From positions 6,510,001 to 6,574,000 of the forward strand of contig OZ210885.1 in assembly GCA_964658305.1 (NCBI GenBank): a stretch of DNA of 64,000 nt, in the 5' to 3' direction. Source of the DNA: Leptogorgia sarmentosa. Its lineage: Eukaryota. Below the pieces are notes generated by a model, which worked only from the letters and a program-made list of their open reading frames with translations, did not search any database and was not told where the DNA came from. The position numbers were made by a program, and so were the translations under genes. This document shows, piece by piece, positions 1-13,500 of the stretch. Every line of letters starts with the position of its first letter. Position 1 is the first letter of the stretch.

Positions 1-886
1 GGAAGTTGTTGGGTGATGTCTGAGGTTGGGTCAACGGCCACCGATTTTGTCAGATGATCTTCAGGCAATCCATCACACAAGCTGGAGTTCTCAACTAACG
101 ACAGAAGTTCCTTAACCCCCTCACCTCTAATTGAACGCTTTCTCTCAGTGTAAATGGTGTGATCCTCTGGCAGGGGCCAATGGAATACCATAACAGTGAA
201 TTCCAATGCTGAATTTACACTAACAGTGTATTTGGCAATACTGTGAACACCATCACACAACTTAAATTGCATGTTACTGTTTTCCACTTTTTCGGATTCC
301 CATGGGGCAAATGACTCTTCATCTAGCTGTTCTAGCAACGACAACGACGACAAAGCAGAAGTAGATGGTTTAACTTCGGCCAGGAGAGGGGTTCGTACCA
401 GGGTTCGCCGTTCCTTTGTCTCTATTTCATGGCTTCTCTTCGGTAAATTTTCGGTCGGAACGCTGCCAGTAACAAGAATTTTTCTTTTTGGATCTAAAGA
501 TAGGTATAAATATTTGCGTAAGAGACATATTAACATTCGTATAAACACTATAAAGAGTTCTTTGCTCTACGACGTCATGTGGTCATTGTGCCATGTCGCA
601 TTTGAATATCAAGCGCAAATATCAACTCAAACTTACTTGTTAAAATGCAATCTGGTTTGAATTGCAGCTCGCAAACATAGAGATTGCTCGCCTCGATATG
701 TTTCTTTAACTCCGCCGTCAATTCTCTTGTTCGCAATATTAGACGAAGCCATTCTTCTCTTGCTTTTGTCTTCAATGCAACAGTATGTTCGCTATCGTCA
801 TTGCGAGTAGCCAGTATTTTGAGCAAAGAAAGCCTGTGTTTTTGGCTTGTTGGGCAGCCAAAAAAGGTGCAATTACGCCCAGGCAT
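1..886 (-). CDS. THAP-domain transposase-like gene (P/THAP9-like), 5' part; exon 886-637, intron 636-494, exon 493-<1
   Basis: Exon 1 has CTFFGC...W...VCELQF. A GTAAGT donor at 636 and TTTAG acceptor at 494 join in frame to PKRKILVTGSVPT (THAP AVPT box). The frame stays open to the window edge. Confidence 0.7.
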
Positions 887-1087
887 GTATTTAAGAGTTC
901 AACTTCAATTCAAACAGTGCCAGAACAGAGTGATTTTCTCGAAGAGATTGTAAAGCCGATTTGTGTCGCTGTATATAATATAGCTATAAATATCGATGTG
1001 CAGTGTTGAATGATGAACAGTTCGCATCACGTGACACTTATAAACAATGAACAATAACATATTTGTCACATGACCCAGCTAGCCTAA

Positions 1088-1109
1088 CCATCTAGGTCTA
1101 CTAACCGTG
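1088..1109 (-). mobile_element. Probable terminus of the upstream THAP/P-like element (CACGGTTAGTAGACCTAGATGG)
   Basis: CANRG-type end ~220 bp upstream of the THAP ATG. The partner end would lie outside the window, so it cannot be verified. Confidence 0.35.
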
Positions 1110-1521
1110 GTTACACAGTATATATACAGCAATGACATATAAAAGTCATTCGGGATGATGAGCATTCGGAGGTTAATATTGGTTGACCGTACAATGGATA
1201 AGCAGCTTCGACCAAGATCGCACGTTACCCGTGTTATTGTTTTCTTTCGTCATTCTTAGTTCCTACAATACATGTTCTTGTACGTCTTGATGTAAATGGC
1301 TTAGGTCTAGTTCTGCAATGTAATTGGTTTATTGGGCTTAGCTACAAAATGATGACTTGAAATTTGCAGTATATATGTACTAATTAATAAAATGACTTGC
1401 TATCAAAGTCTTTGGTCTTATATGTATCCAATTTTTCACACCATTCTTCCATTTTCTCCTCCCGTAGCAAATGGGGCTTTATATTATATAATTTAATATA
1501 ATATATAATTTTGAAATAATT

Positions 1522-1550
1522 TTCGCCGGCGCTGGCGAAGTAAAGCCTAG
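1522..1550 (+). mobile_element. Helitron-type 3' terminus
   Basis: GC-rich near-palindrome TTCGCCGGCGCTGGCGAA (1522-1539) followed by CTAG (1547-1550) and then T, the canonical Helitron 3' end. Confidence 0.55.
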
Positions 1551-2199
1551 TTTCTATAAGGTCGCTAGCTGTCGCTCGTTGTTTCTGTGCAAAGTTCCAG
1601 CGACGCTAAACGACAGGAAGAAACACAAAACGACAATGTCGCTGTGTTTAATTCTAGGTATAGCATTTCTTCAGAATAAACACCGCACATAACAACACTA
1701 GAATTTTGTGTACCAGAACAGCCTAGACAGGTAAATTTGCAACCTTTTGCTTCACAATTTGTCCACAATACCAAAATATTAATAATAACCGGTGCTTAGA
1801 ATTGCTATTTCTTAGCTTTCTCACAAATTTCTGAAGAGTCTTCTGAGCGAATTGCGTAATGCAAGTGTAAAATTGTTAAAGACGATAATTTTACAATACA
1901 TTTAGACAGATATGCATTGGATTCACTGCGTTGATTCATAGAACGAAAAATCACGAAGAAAGTTCTGGGACAGGAAACATTTCAGGTAAGTTTGTTCACG
2001 TTGTCGTATTACAGAAAGCAAAGAACAGACGGTTTCAAAACACGAATCAAATGACTTCGATTCCGTGTTTATTCACACGGAAATTTGATAATACTAACTA
2101 GGCCAGAAATTTGTCTTTAAGTCGTTTAATTCCTATGCTGGCAATTTATGCTTAGAACCGGGAGGCCCGAGTTAGAATTTATAACATGTATAATAATTA

Positions 2200-2314
2200 T
2201 ACTGCGAAAAATAGCTGTGAAAGACAAAAACAATAATATCTGAAAATTGACATCGCGTTGCTTAACTGGTAGCCAGTGTTGAGATTTTAACAGAGGCGTA
2301 ATGTGTTTGAACAT
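2200..2314 (-). pseudogene. Non-LTR retrotransposon (L2/CR1-like) ORF2 C-terminal fragment
   Basis: Peptide FKHITPLLKSQHWLPVKQR matches the HITPxLxxLHWLPV C-terminal motif of L2-group RTs. Confidence 0.55.
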
Positions 2315-2974
2315 TCATACATTAAACATTCATAAACATTCATCAATTTATCAAAAACCAAGCGCTGTAATTCATACAATCCTCCATGCAGCCTAAAAGC
2401 TATGAACCGTGGTTATTTGTAGTTATTTTATCTTAACACATTAGTATCACTATCCGATCTAAAAACCAATCCTTGGTTCTTGCGAGTGGCTTAAATAACT
2501 GCAGGAATGGCTCGGGCTGAGTGAAACCCCCTAGTGCCAGGGAGTTGCCTGACAAAACCTCTCTTCTCTCTTTTTTATCTTCAGTTTTTCCAGCTGTATT
2601 GGTGCAAGCACTTGTTAATTCCCACTCCGATATGCCATCGTACAGTCTACAAAACAACTGCATCTCACCTGAACCTGATAACAAATTTGCGAAAAGATCA
2701 AAAGTTATTCCTACAATGAAAGTTAACGATTGTATTCTTGACAGGCTATGCTGTTATAGATTTCTCGGTTTATATATCTGGATACAGACCATGACTTAAA
2801 GCGGATGACAAACACAGAAATTGTTCTTAGAAAAGCAGCTAAACGGCTATAGTTTTTAAACATTCGCGACAGCTAATATGGTTGTCTTCTGAAGGTCAAA
2901 AACGGAAAAACGTATTTGACTTCAAGCTCGAAAATAATACTGGTGTGTAATATTTGATCTCACTTCCCCGGTAG

Positions 2975-5140
2975 TACTGGTGTACAAACAGTATACTTGC
3001 AGTCTAGGACATCAGGAAATAAGTGCAGTTGATATTGACATTTTACAACAAATTGATAACTGCAACATACCGTTCGTCTTAAGTCATAGGTCAGGTTTCA
3101 CAAACAGGCTTGTCCATTATTTGGAAGAGTTACTAGACACAGGACTAAGCACAAATCAAATTTGCGAAGTTATTGGACGCTGCTACAGAAAAGCTTACTA
3201 CGAAAGGGCACAACGTTATTACCATGATTATAACATCGCAAAACACATTGGTATTATTACATCCAAACTTGAACACAAGTTTCCCAATTTTGAAGAAAAA
3301 AATTTAACCATGTGTCGGACATACACTCGTTGGTGGTGCTATAACCTCTAAATTTAAGTCAGAAGAGAAACTTTACCAGCACTTTTTTTCAACAATACCT
3401 GCTAAGTGGATTAGCTGCGATCACACATTTAAAGCTACTTCGAATATTGGGTACTTACGTGAAAGCGATAGGAAGTGGGTTAAATTATTTCAAAGCCTAT
3501 TTTGCGTTTTAAATGATAAGGGAACAGTTTTACAATGGAAATTTACTGAAACAGAAGGAACATCAGAGCTCGAAAGTCTTTTCCACAAACTGTCACGATG
3601 ATTTGCAAAACAGAACATTGTACTTGACGGAATATTCCTAGACAACTGCTGCAAATGGACGCAATTCTTAAGCAAATATTTCCCTGGAGTTCCTGTGAAA
3701 TTAGATATTTTTCATGCTGTGCAACAATTGGTGAGGCTAATACCAAAACGATCCAAGTATTCATCAGATATGTCAAAGGAATACGGCCTTGTTTTTCGCC
3801 AGCCCGGAGATGTTGGAGATGTTGGAAAACGACGTTCCTCTCCATCTCCCTCACCACATGTGGTCTTGAGAAACCTTGAAAATTTTCGTTCCAAATGGAA
3901 TTCTATTAAAACTTCATCCGGTGTAGGTTTGAAACGCCTATTGTAGTATTATAATAGTTCCTTGTGTACGTATTTGTTTGTTGGTTAAGTACACATAATA
4001 ATATAGTTAATTTGATTTATACCTCGACGGAAATACCTGCACCATATGTTCGCGATAGGTTAGATAGCGTGAGGCAGTATTGTTCTGAACGTGTTAGAGT
4101 AAAGACGTTAATCTCTGCAAGTTATTTGAAAAGACATTGCTATATATTTCCACATCGCTACTAGTTTGGTACAAGTGTAAACCAAAGTACGTAAGTTTGA
4201 TATTACTATTTGTTGTTGTTTATTTAGTTTGTTAATGACATTGACATTGCTGGTTTTGTATGTTGCATGCTTTAACCTTAGTATTAAGTAGTTCTATTTT
4301 ACTGTCGTGTTTCAGTTCGAACCTACAATATCTACAATATCTACAATATCTACGATATCCACAATATCGACAGTATCCACGACCAATCGATCTATACGCC
4401 TGACCTACAAGTCCCACATCGTGTTACGTTGAACAATTATTACCTTTGTCCTAATACCACTTACAATTGGCTACAATACGTTGCGTGACTTGTACAAGGG
4501 CCTTTGTTATATGACTTTGTTTAAATGTTTAATTAAACTGTGTATCGTAAACAGATTTGGTCCAATTGTTGAGTTTGAGTATTCACCTGTACCCTTGCAA
4601 CCCCTGTGGCTCCTATATTTGGCAACTGGGAGTTACATCCGGTACAAGTATTTTGACAAAAGATATGCTAAAACAAATAAGAAACATAAAGCTACACGTG
4701 AATAGAGGTTGTTTGTCAAATATACCAGTTGGATGGGGAACAAACAGGAATGAAAGGTTACATAGAGACTTAATCGCAACCAATCGGATAGGGCTCCCTC
4801 TATTGTACACAAAAATGTTTAGAATGTTTTACAAACTGGGACAAGAGAATGAGCAAAATAGAGGAGATGAAAGTTGAAAGGGGGCGAGGAAGTCAAGAAA
4901 CGGAATACAGGGGGGATTTAGAATGCTTTCGAGTAGAAAAATCGTTAGAAGATATAGATGGAGATTATGACAGTGTACAGACACGAAGGTGTAAAGCTCT
5001 TGAAAATTTTTCACATGAGCAAATTGATGAAATTTTTAATGGTCTAGTTACATTACGAAAAAACCTCGAGAGCATCTCTGAAAGTGAAATTTTTGAATAC
5101 AACTACACAGAAAAAAACTCAATAAAGAAAAGTGCGACTT
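2975..5140 (+). pseudogene. Degenerate DDE transposase with a DxxH motif (Mutator/ISL3-like, unclassified)
   Basis: Motifs across frames: WISCDHTFK (~3410), IFLDNCCKW (~3635), VKLDIFHAVQ (~3700), GTNRNERLH (~4740). Stops and frameshifts are present. Confidence 0.55.
4322..4380. repeat. 9-bp tandem repeat (CTACAATAT-like), ~6 copies
   Basis: Seen directly in the sequence. Confidence 0.8.
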
Positions 5141-7323
5141 AGTCACTATTTTGCATCAAGGGTTGTCATTTTGGAGATATCTCAGAAGATTTGTGGGAAG
5201 ACAAAAGGACGCTCCCATATGGAGGAGCATTCAAAACATTCGTTCAAGAACTGACAATCAAATTCATCGACCAAGAAATCAATTCTGTTGCAAGCCAGTG
5301 GGGATGCGAAGTTGTTGAGTGATGCTGCACTTAGAGTAATAAACCACGATAAGTTTGATGATTGGTGTTGGCAAGCTTGGACAATATATAACAACGTGAT
5401 AGACCTGATTTTAGAATATGAATTTTTATGCATTTTGCCAATACAACAGGTAGAAAAACAAATGAAGAAAAAAAACTCTGATTACATTGAACTACATCAA
5501 CCACTAATGTAGCCAGTTATATAATAGTTATCCCCAACCACGGCGCAAGGGTAATAATTCCGCATAGCGAGTCCAAAGTTACTCGTTTTGGCCGCCATCT
5601 TGGGTCATGGTGCATCGTAGGTTATCACTGATCTTTAAAATATAGCGGACTATCATGAACAGCCAAGTAATACTTTATGCCGATTGGTCAAATTCAAAAT
5701 TCGCTGTTTAACTGACACTTTGATGTTGAAAATGAGGGTCCTCCTCAAGAACCCGTTATGAATGCTAATGCCAGTGTTGAGGAATTAGTTTTAGGAAATG
5801 GTAGCACATCATTCATTCCTATGCGCCAACGACAGAGAAAAGACAGAACTGCTATACAAGATGCAGTTAATGAGGTTGACCCTTTAGACTGGCCATCAAC
5901 TGAAGGTAATGCTGTGAATGAATTTAAAGCAGATGGACTTGCCAGCATGGCATTTCCTACATTGTTTCCGTACGGCAAAGGTGACCCAACAAACAGGGCA
6001 AGACAGCATAGTGTAAGTTTGACAGAAGCATTTAAGCACTTAGTGAAGTTTGAAGAGAGGCTTGAAAATGGTAAGTTTGAGTGGCGGTTTGCTTCTCACC
6101 CACGGTTCGCATATTAGGTGTTGAACATGAAACAGCATCATCAGTTGTTGTCACAGGCAAACATTTACTTGCATCAGCATCCTGCAGATGCAAACATGTC
6201 GATGGAAGAGCTAAAGACAATGGTGAATTCTATGAGTGCAAATCAGATGGTAAATCGTTTACAACGGTATGTGTCAAAAGTGCAAGGTACCAATCAGTAT
6301 TGGTATCAGCGACTCCAGGAATTGCTGGCTCTTATTGAGCAGAAAGGCTGTCCTACTTTTTTCTTTACTTTTAGTGCAGCTGACATGCATTGGCCAGATT
6401 TGCAACGACTGTTGCAGAATAATGAAGATGCAAGCAGGTCTGAGCGAGCACAAGCAGTGATTGACAATCCACACCTGACAGATTGGTTCTTCAAACAGCG
6501 ACTTGAAGAGTTTATTAGACGTTGGCTTGAAGGTGTTATGGATGCTCAATGGTTTTGGTATTGATTTGAATACCAGGCCAGGGGAAGTATTCATGCCCAT
6601 AGTTGTGCAAAGTTGAAAAATGACCCTGATATTTGATTGTTACATAACATAGCAAGCTTAGCATTTTTAGAGAATGAGACAAGTAGATTTGATATGTCAC
6701 CTGATGATTTTGAATTCTTTTGCCAAGATATAATAAGGGAGGGAGAGGATGCTGAGGAATTACTAATACGGTAAGAACCAACTGTTTTACACACAACTAT
6801 CATGTCCAAAACATTTAAATCATGCTGATAATGCAATTTAATTGGCTGCCAGCACTGATTTTAAAACCTGTTTTTAATTAGTAAATCTATTAATTGAATG
6901 TTTACTGTGATAAGGGGCCAGGGTATAATTATAGAATACCCCGCGTCGAGAAGGTGTAGAATAATATGGCTACCGGCTACGTGGCAACGTTGTAAGATTT
7001 ACCCCAACAATTTCGATTATATGAAAACCCCTTCAATATACAACTGATTTTCCACAGGGGCATGAACATTTCAGATGCAAACAAAGTAATGTGGATTTAA
7101 TTTTAAATAAGGTCAAATAACAAATTACTTATCATTGTAAGACTGATTATAGGCCAAGTTGTTAAATACATTCGCTCGGTTATTATAAGCACAATAATAA
7201 TAAGTTGGAGTTCATTCGTACGTTTATCGTGGTTGCATAGGTGAACCATGCATGCAATGGCTTGGATCATGACATGTATATTTTGTCTTTTCTACTGATT
7301 TAAAAATGACAATTTGCGGAGTT

Positions 7324-8481
7324 CTATTTCATGTTTGGATTATAAATCTTTTTAATATCCTCGAGGAAAACCGAAAACAAATCTTCATCTTTATGAATGT
7401 ACCTCCATATAAATTCGGCTAAATAGTAGGAATAATGATATTTTCGTCTTCCGTGGGTTGGGAATGCGGCTTTCATTTGTTTCCAATGTCCTTCTATTTT
7501 ATTTGTATGGTCGCCGTCCTCATTTTTAAATTCCTGTGAATGATTTACTGTCTTATGAATATAACCGTGCTTTTCAAGGTTTATGTAACCCTTCCAACAA
7601 TCTGAGATTATAACAGATTCTGGAGCGATCCATTTCTTTATTATGGTTAAGAGTGTTTTTTCTGATCTGTCTTCAACTGTGACAAGAAAGCACTTTCTCG
7701 AATCTTCTTCTATTCCTCCAAAAATCCATTGACCCTCGACATAATGGGCCTTATGGTACTTACGTTTCCCCACTTTCGATTCATCAATTTGAACTCGTTT
7801 GCCTTTGCCACCAATTTGTTGACTTTCCTTCCCAATTATTACAACGCATACTTCTCGGGAAAACATAAACCAATCGACTATGGTATTTGTAGACAATCGT
7901 AGTTGAGTGATTATTTGGTCTTGTGACAAACCATTCGACCACCAATAAGTAAACTGTACAACTTCTTCTAGCGTTAGATTAGTTTTGTCGAACCAGGTAT
8001 TCTCCCTTATGCTTTTCTCTATTCTATGGCGCTTGATTGATTTTGTACCTCGGCATTCGAACTTGTAGCCATCTGATCTATCTGCACATTTTGTCCATTT
8101 CATGACATTTCCACAGCTTCGACAAATGGTCTCTTTAGTAATCAGACCAATTTCATTTAGCCATTCAATTGTGGTTTCTTTGTCTGCTAAATAGTTTTGC
8201 TTCAGTTCATCGTAAGTTAATGTTGCTTGTTTGTTTTCATTGCGGTTGTAGCTGCTTTTGTACAGAGGTGGTTGTGTACACTGTGTACTCTTGGTTTTTA
8301 AAGAGAGAGCAGACGTTCCAGCTTGTGATGCTGTGTTTCGGGTTCGTTTTACTGTATACATTTCGACATACAGACTTTTGTTAATCTGGTGAAGCTTATT
8401 AAGTTTGTACTTTGGATGAAAATGTATGTAAATTATTTCAGTCTTTTGTTCTATGACATTGCTCTCAGACTCGTTCGACAC
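7324..8481 (-). CDS. Merlin/ISXO2-like DDE transposase
   Basis: Zn ribbon CRSC...FEC; QIDESKVGKRKYH, IISDCWKGY, VNHS, HTNKIEGHW. Uninterrupted 385-aa ORF. Confidence 0.92.
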   Translation of the reverse strand: MSNESESNVIEQKTEIIYIHFHPKYKLNKLHQINKSLYVEMYTVKRTRNTASQAGTSALSLKTKSTQCTQPPLYKSSYNRNENKQATLTYDELKQNYLADKETTIEWLNEIGLITKETICRSCGNVMKWTKCADRSDGYKFECRGTKSIKRHRIEKSIRENTWFDKTNLTLEEVVQFTYWWSNGLSQDQIITQLRLSTNTIVDWFMFSREVCVVIIGKESQQIGGKGKRVQIDESKVGKRKYHKAHYVEGQWIFGGIEEDSRKCFLVTVEDRSEKTLLTIIKKWIAPESVIISDCWKGYINLEKHGYIHKTVNHSQEFKNEDGDHTNKIEGHWKQMKAAFPTHGRRKYHYSYYLAEFIWRYIHKDEDLFSVFLEDIKKIYNPNMK

Positions 8482-8685
8482 AATGGAGAAGAATACAGGT
8501 TCTATCTTGAGGGCAATATCTTCGTGAGATTGTCGTGTTCAATTGGTTATCATGTGTACATAAGTGTAGCATGATGAAAGCCATGTATAATAAGTTAAGT
8601 CTCGTCTACAGAATTTTTTTGTACAAATACATTCATTTACATTTTCATTCGAATTTCAGCAAGTGCGATCCAGTGCATGTGCTGA

Positions 8686-10006
8686 ATGTCTTCCTCCAAA
8701 CTGATAAAAATCAGCAAGCAGCATGAGAATACTTGGTCTCAGCTGCATCGCAGACTGATTTCTATTCCCGTATCTTACCAAGATGTATTTCCACAAGACG
8801 TTTTCAAATTTATACGCAACCAAGCGTTATCTATAAGTTCTTCTATCGGCTACATAATTCCTTGTCTGTTAACAACCACCGCGTTTGTGTCTGGTATGAA
8901 CAACTCAGTAATTGCGTTATCTGCAGAACACGAGATGCCTTTGAATCTATATACCATTGTAGTTGTTTTCGGGAGAGAGATCGTCATTCAGATATGCCAC
9001 GGAATCAACAAGAGAAATCTCATCAAATGTGCCCTTTTCTATAGTGGGTTCGACTCAGGTTCCTTTCGCCGTTCGCCTGATATGTCGTATGGACCAAGGA
9101 CATGGTCTTTTGGACAGATTTCTTGTTTGGTTTCCGGTTTGTTTTCGTCCAACGCCACAGGAAACAGAAGATGCCAAGGCGGCAGTTGAAGAAATTCCGT
9201 TAAAGTCATTTACTGATGTATTCATAGAAATGTATAATTTACATTTAGATAGAAAGGAGTTTCATTTCTCCAGCGGTGCAAAAGAAATGATAGATAGTCT
9301 GAATGCGGATTTCATTAAAGCAGTTAATGATGAGGAGAAGGCGACCCTCCGCCAAAGTCCAGGCGCGTTGATCTGTTACAGAGAATATCGGTATCTTTGC
9401 ATATTCTTACGCATGTATTGAGCTGTCTCATACGAGGTCGAAAGCCAAGATCTCCGCCGAAAGATGTAAGTGCTGAAACTGTGAAGAAAGCATTGATACT
9501 GCTGGAGTATGTGGAAGTACAGAAGCAAATAGTAATTGATGTGAGTATGTTATTTATGATTTTGGTATTTGGTCCGCTCACTTCATATGCAAACTTATTA
9601 TTAGTTTATAGATGAAATTACAACAACGTGTGTTGATGGAGCAAAACCCCAACCAACATTGGAAAATGTAAAGGTTGCAGTTCTTCTATTTCCTGGTACA
9701 GTAGTGACAAAACGTGCCTTCAAACAATCGGCGCCAAGGAAAGTCCGTGGGATTGCCGATTCGGAATTTGTTAATGCACTCGAGAGCCTGGAAAAAGAAA
9801 ATTGTGGCGTCGTTCTAAAGGTACACAGTTCCAAACATTCGAGCAAAGAAACGATTGTCTTGGTGAAAACTAAAGATCTTCCGGAGGCTGTTAATTATGT
9901 TGATAAGAATGAATATTATAAGAAATATGCTTTACCTCTGCATAAGGCGATATCGGAATCTACGAAAGTACAACTGATGGAAAAAGGACTTCTTACGTGT
10001 GATTAA
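8686..10006 (+). pseudogene. DUF3987/YfjI-like P-loop ATPase-related gene, internally deleted (intron ~9541-9611)
   Basis: NLYTIVV is followed directly by LFSGE..., FSIVGSTQ and GLLDRFL. The Walker A region expected after NLYTIVV is missing at a frame break near 8963. Confidence 0.55.
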
Positions 10007-10169
10007 ACTAATTGACATGTTGAGTGAATGTTGAAAAATTAGGTTAATTACTTCAGTCAAGTGTTCTGGATTTAATTACCTTACTGGTCTTTAAGTGAAA
10101 GAGAATTAACATTTAGTTGCGATTTGATTACCCATACAAAATTGAAAATAAATAATGGTTGATTTTTGT

Positions 10170-10310
10170 TCCAGTTAGGGTTCAGTTGGTTAGGGTCAGT
10201 TTTAGGGTTGGGGTTAGAACTATGGTCAGTATTATGGTACGCTTATGGTCACTATTATGGTTAGGGTTAACTTAAGTTAGGGTTAGGGCAAGTGTTTGAG
10301 TTAGGATTAT
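10170..10310 (+). repeat. Degenerate TTAGGG-rich tract
   Basis: Several GTTAGGG/TTAGGGTT units interspersed with TATGGTCA units. Confidence 0.6.
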
Positions 10311-10419
10311 GGTCACTACTGTTGTACAATGATTGTGCTATGTTGTTGTAAAGGTCAATTATTCTTTTTAATATACAGTCACCTATAGACTATTGCAAAT
10401 CCAGAATCAAGGCAGTAGC

Positions 10420-10530
10420 TAGGGCCATGTCGCAATGTTTCCGCGTAGCCATGTTGCCAAGTAGCCACGTGGCCACGCAGCCACGTAGTCATGTAGCTGC
10501 GTAAACATGTCGCGACGTAGCCACGTAGCC
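10420..10530. repeat. 9-bp subterminal tandem repeats (GTAGCCACG-like) of the Merlin element
   Basis: About 10 degenerate copies next to the right TIR; reverse-complement copies at 6968-6990. Confidence 0.75.
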
Positions 10531-13500
10531 GGGGGAAAAAAAGTAATGGCTTATGGTTGCGGGGTATTCTATAACTATTCCGGGGCCAGTTACACAATGC
10601 CAAATATATTTGTAGTATAACATCGAACGATCAAAACCGCTATAAACCAATCTGAATCTGTGGTCAGTCGCCTTTAGATTAGACTATACTACTGCATAAA
10701 TCATGTAGAATAAATATTGCCCAGAAAATAGATTCACCAAATAATCCGCTGCCATTTGGCTACAATTCCTGCGTAAATTAAGGCCTTTGAGTGCGCTGCT
10801 CTGTTGATGTTATAAATTGTTACATTTTGTCATGAATGAACTTGTAACAAGTACATGGTTAATGTAAACAAAAATTCCTTTCCAATTTTTACAATGCCTT
10901 AAATTTCCTTGATGTAATTTTCAAGAATTTATGTGCAGAAACCAGACATGATAATAACAGTTGCAAAAATTCATGATATTCATTATCGTCGTCTTGGTAT
11001 TACAGTATCGCATGAATATATTTACTCTTTATTGCTGCTGAATGTCAATAAAGTCTGGCAATAACTGAAATATTTCATTGATTTAAAGGTATGTTGATTG
11101 GCTGGTGACAACCTTCAATGAGGAGTTACCGGACGAAAATTGGAGGTTACCAGAACCTCATCCATCAGCTGTCAGAGCTACAGAGATTGACAATCATGAC
11201 AATGATTACCACAGGTTAGTTAATACAGTAGAACGACACACTAGATGCAGTACTGCTTATTGTTTGAGACGGAAAAGAATGGACCTGTTGGCAGAATGCA
11301 GATTTGGTTTTCCAAAACCAGTACAAAACAAGACAACACTGGAAAAGGAATTGGTAGGTGAGAAGCGAAAACATGTGGAATCTGAGTTGATTACAAGAAG
11401 AAATGATGAACGACTGAATTCACATAATCGGGTGATGCTTGAAAACTGGCGGGCAAATGTGGATTTGTGGTTTGGAAGATACATGACCAAGTATGCTGCA
11501 AAAGGGGAACCCAGATCCAAATCACCATTTGATATATTAAAGTTGACTGTTTCTTCATTACAGAGTAATGATCAAGTGTCTTCTGCTATCAGGAAAGCTA
11601 TGATTCAAGTTGCTGGAGACAGAGATATGGCAGCCCAAGAAACTGCCCATATGTTACTAAGTTTGCCTCTAATAGGATGTTCATTCAGTTTTGTTACTGT
11701 TTGTTTAGAGAACAGTAGAAAGGTTATTCTTGATCCTGAAAATGAAGCAGATAATATACTCCAGAAAACAGTGCTTAAAGACTATGGAGAACGTACAGGT
11801 GTGAAGAGTAGGTATACAGGATTGTCCCAATTAAGTCTGATGCAGTGTGTATCCCAGTACACTAAATTCAGAGTTGAGTTGACCAGACGGAAAAATCCAT
11901 ACATTGTGAGGACATTTCCAAAGGTTTCATCCAATCCTGGTGGTCCAGATTTTGGTAAATACTGTAAGTTTCAGCTAATAAAGTTCAAGCCATGGGAAGG
12001 GGAGCCTTCAAATGCTTGGAATAATGAGGAAGAAAGTAATGATATGTTTATCAGAATGTATGATATGTTTCTTCTATCTGATTCTGCAGACGATTATGTG
12101 TTTAGATATTCAGAGGAAACAGATTTGGTTCATGCTGCACAAAATGGTCAAAGTGACGATGAGCAGAATGATGAGGAAAGCGATGATGAAGGTGATGCTG
12201 ATGCTTTCAACGAGAAGGAAGTTGACAATTGGATGTTGTTATGCAGACTCAAGCAACAATTTCAAGAAGCAGGCAATGAGATGTCAGACAATGAGGTAGT
12301 AGATTGGTTTGAAGAGGTAAGAGCTGTACCTAGGGATTTGTTAAGAGAATCACCAGGATGGATTTATATTAAAAGAAAAGAAGCTGAAGAACTTGGCCAA
12401 CAGTACCATGAAGATCATCTCTGTGTCACTGACCTAGAAACCTTGAATGAAAAACAACGACTAGCTTTTGACATCATCACCTCACACAATGGAGATAATG
12501 CAGAACCTGTTCACATGAATGTGAGTGGAACAGCTGGGACAGGTAAGACATATCTGATAAGTGCGGTAAAGCAGGTATTAGGTGCCCAGTGCATTGTTAC
12601 AGCAACAACTGGAATTGCAGCCTTTAGCATTAATGGTCAAACGTTGCATTCTACTGCTCAACTTCCTATTCGTGAATATAAGGATTTGCAGGGCGACTCA
12701 TTGCAGCGATTACAGTTGCGACTTGAAGAGGTATCTGATTGTAGATGAAATGTCGATGATTGGACATAAAATGTTATCATCACTGGACAATCGATTATGT
12801 GCTGGCACTGGAAAGCAGGATATTCCATTTGGTGGTATGTCAGTAATTTTGATGGGTGACTTTGGTCAATTGCCACCTGTTGGTGACAAGCCTATGTATG
12901 TTACAGGTAGTGGGCCAGTAGTCAGTGACCATGGTCATAGTCTGTACCTGATGTTTGATTCCGTTATTATCTTACAGCAGGTTATGCGTCAGGCTGGTGA
13001 AGACCCTGAGGCAATTGAATTCAGAGGTTTATTGATGAGAATGAGGAATGGTGAAGTGACGGAGGAGGACTGGAAACTGTTGTTACAATTCACTGATCAA
13101 TTTACTGACACCATTCGATTGTACTTTGACAAGAAAAGTGTGGCAGAGTACAATTATGAGAAATTACTAGAGATTGGGCAACCTGTAGCTAAAATTCAAG
13201 CAAAGCACTCTGGTCGTGGTGCAAGTGCAGCAACATCAGATGATGCTGGTGGACTAGAATCTGTTTTGTTTTTATCTAGGAAGGCAGAAGTAATGCTGAC
13301 ATGTAACCTTTGGCCTGAAGTTGGTCTTTGTAATGGCTCTTTTGGAACTGTTGAGCAGTTCTGGTTTGCAGAAAACATGGGTCCACCAAACCTGCCAGTA
13401 GCAGTATTGGTACATTTCCATCGTTATTCTGGTCCTGCATTCCTAGATCAATGTCCAAAGTGTATTCCTGTGCCACCAAGAGTGTTTGAGTGGATGGCAG

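Larger units (their letters stand above)
6916..10587 (-). mobile_element. Merlin (IS1595/ISXO2-like) DNA transposon with passenger gene
   Basis: Imperfect 29-bp TIRs GGCCAGGGTATAATTATAGAATACCCCGC and revcomp GGCCCCGGAATAGTTATAGAATACCCCGC. GGCTACGTG-like subterminal repeats at both ends. No TSD recognisable. Confidence 0.75.

Noticed and set aside
2395..2411. Second CACGGTT P-like terminus as partner of the 1109 end
   Set aside because: It has the same orientation as the 1109 end and only a short match, so the two cannot form a TIR pair.
10170..10310. True telomere or interstitial fusion site
   Set aside because: Short, degenerate, single orientation and internal to a transposon.
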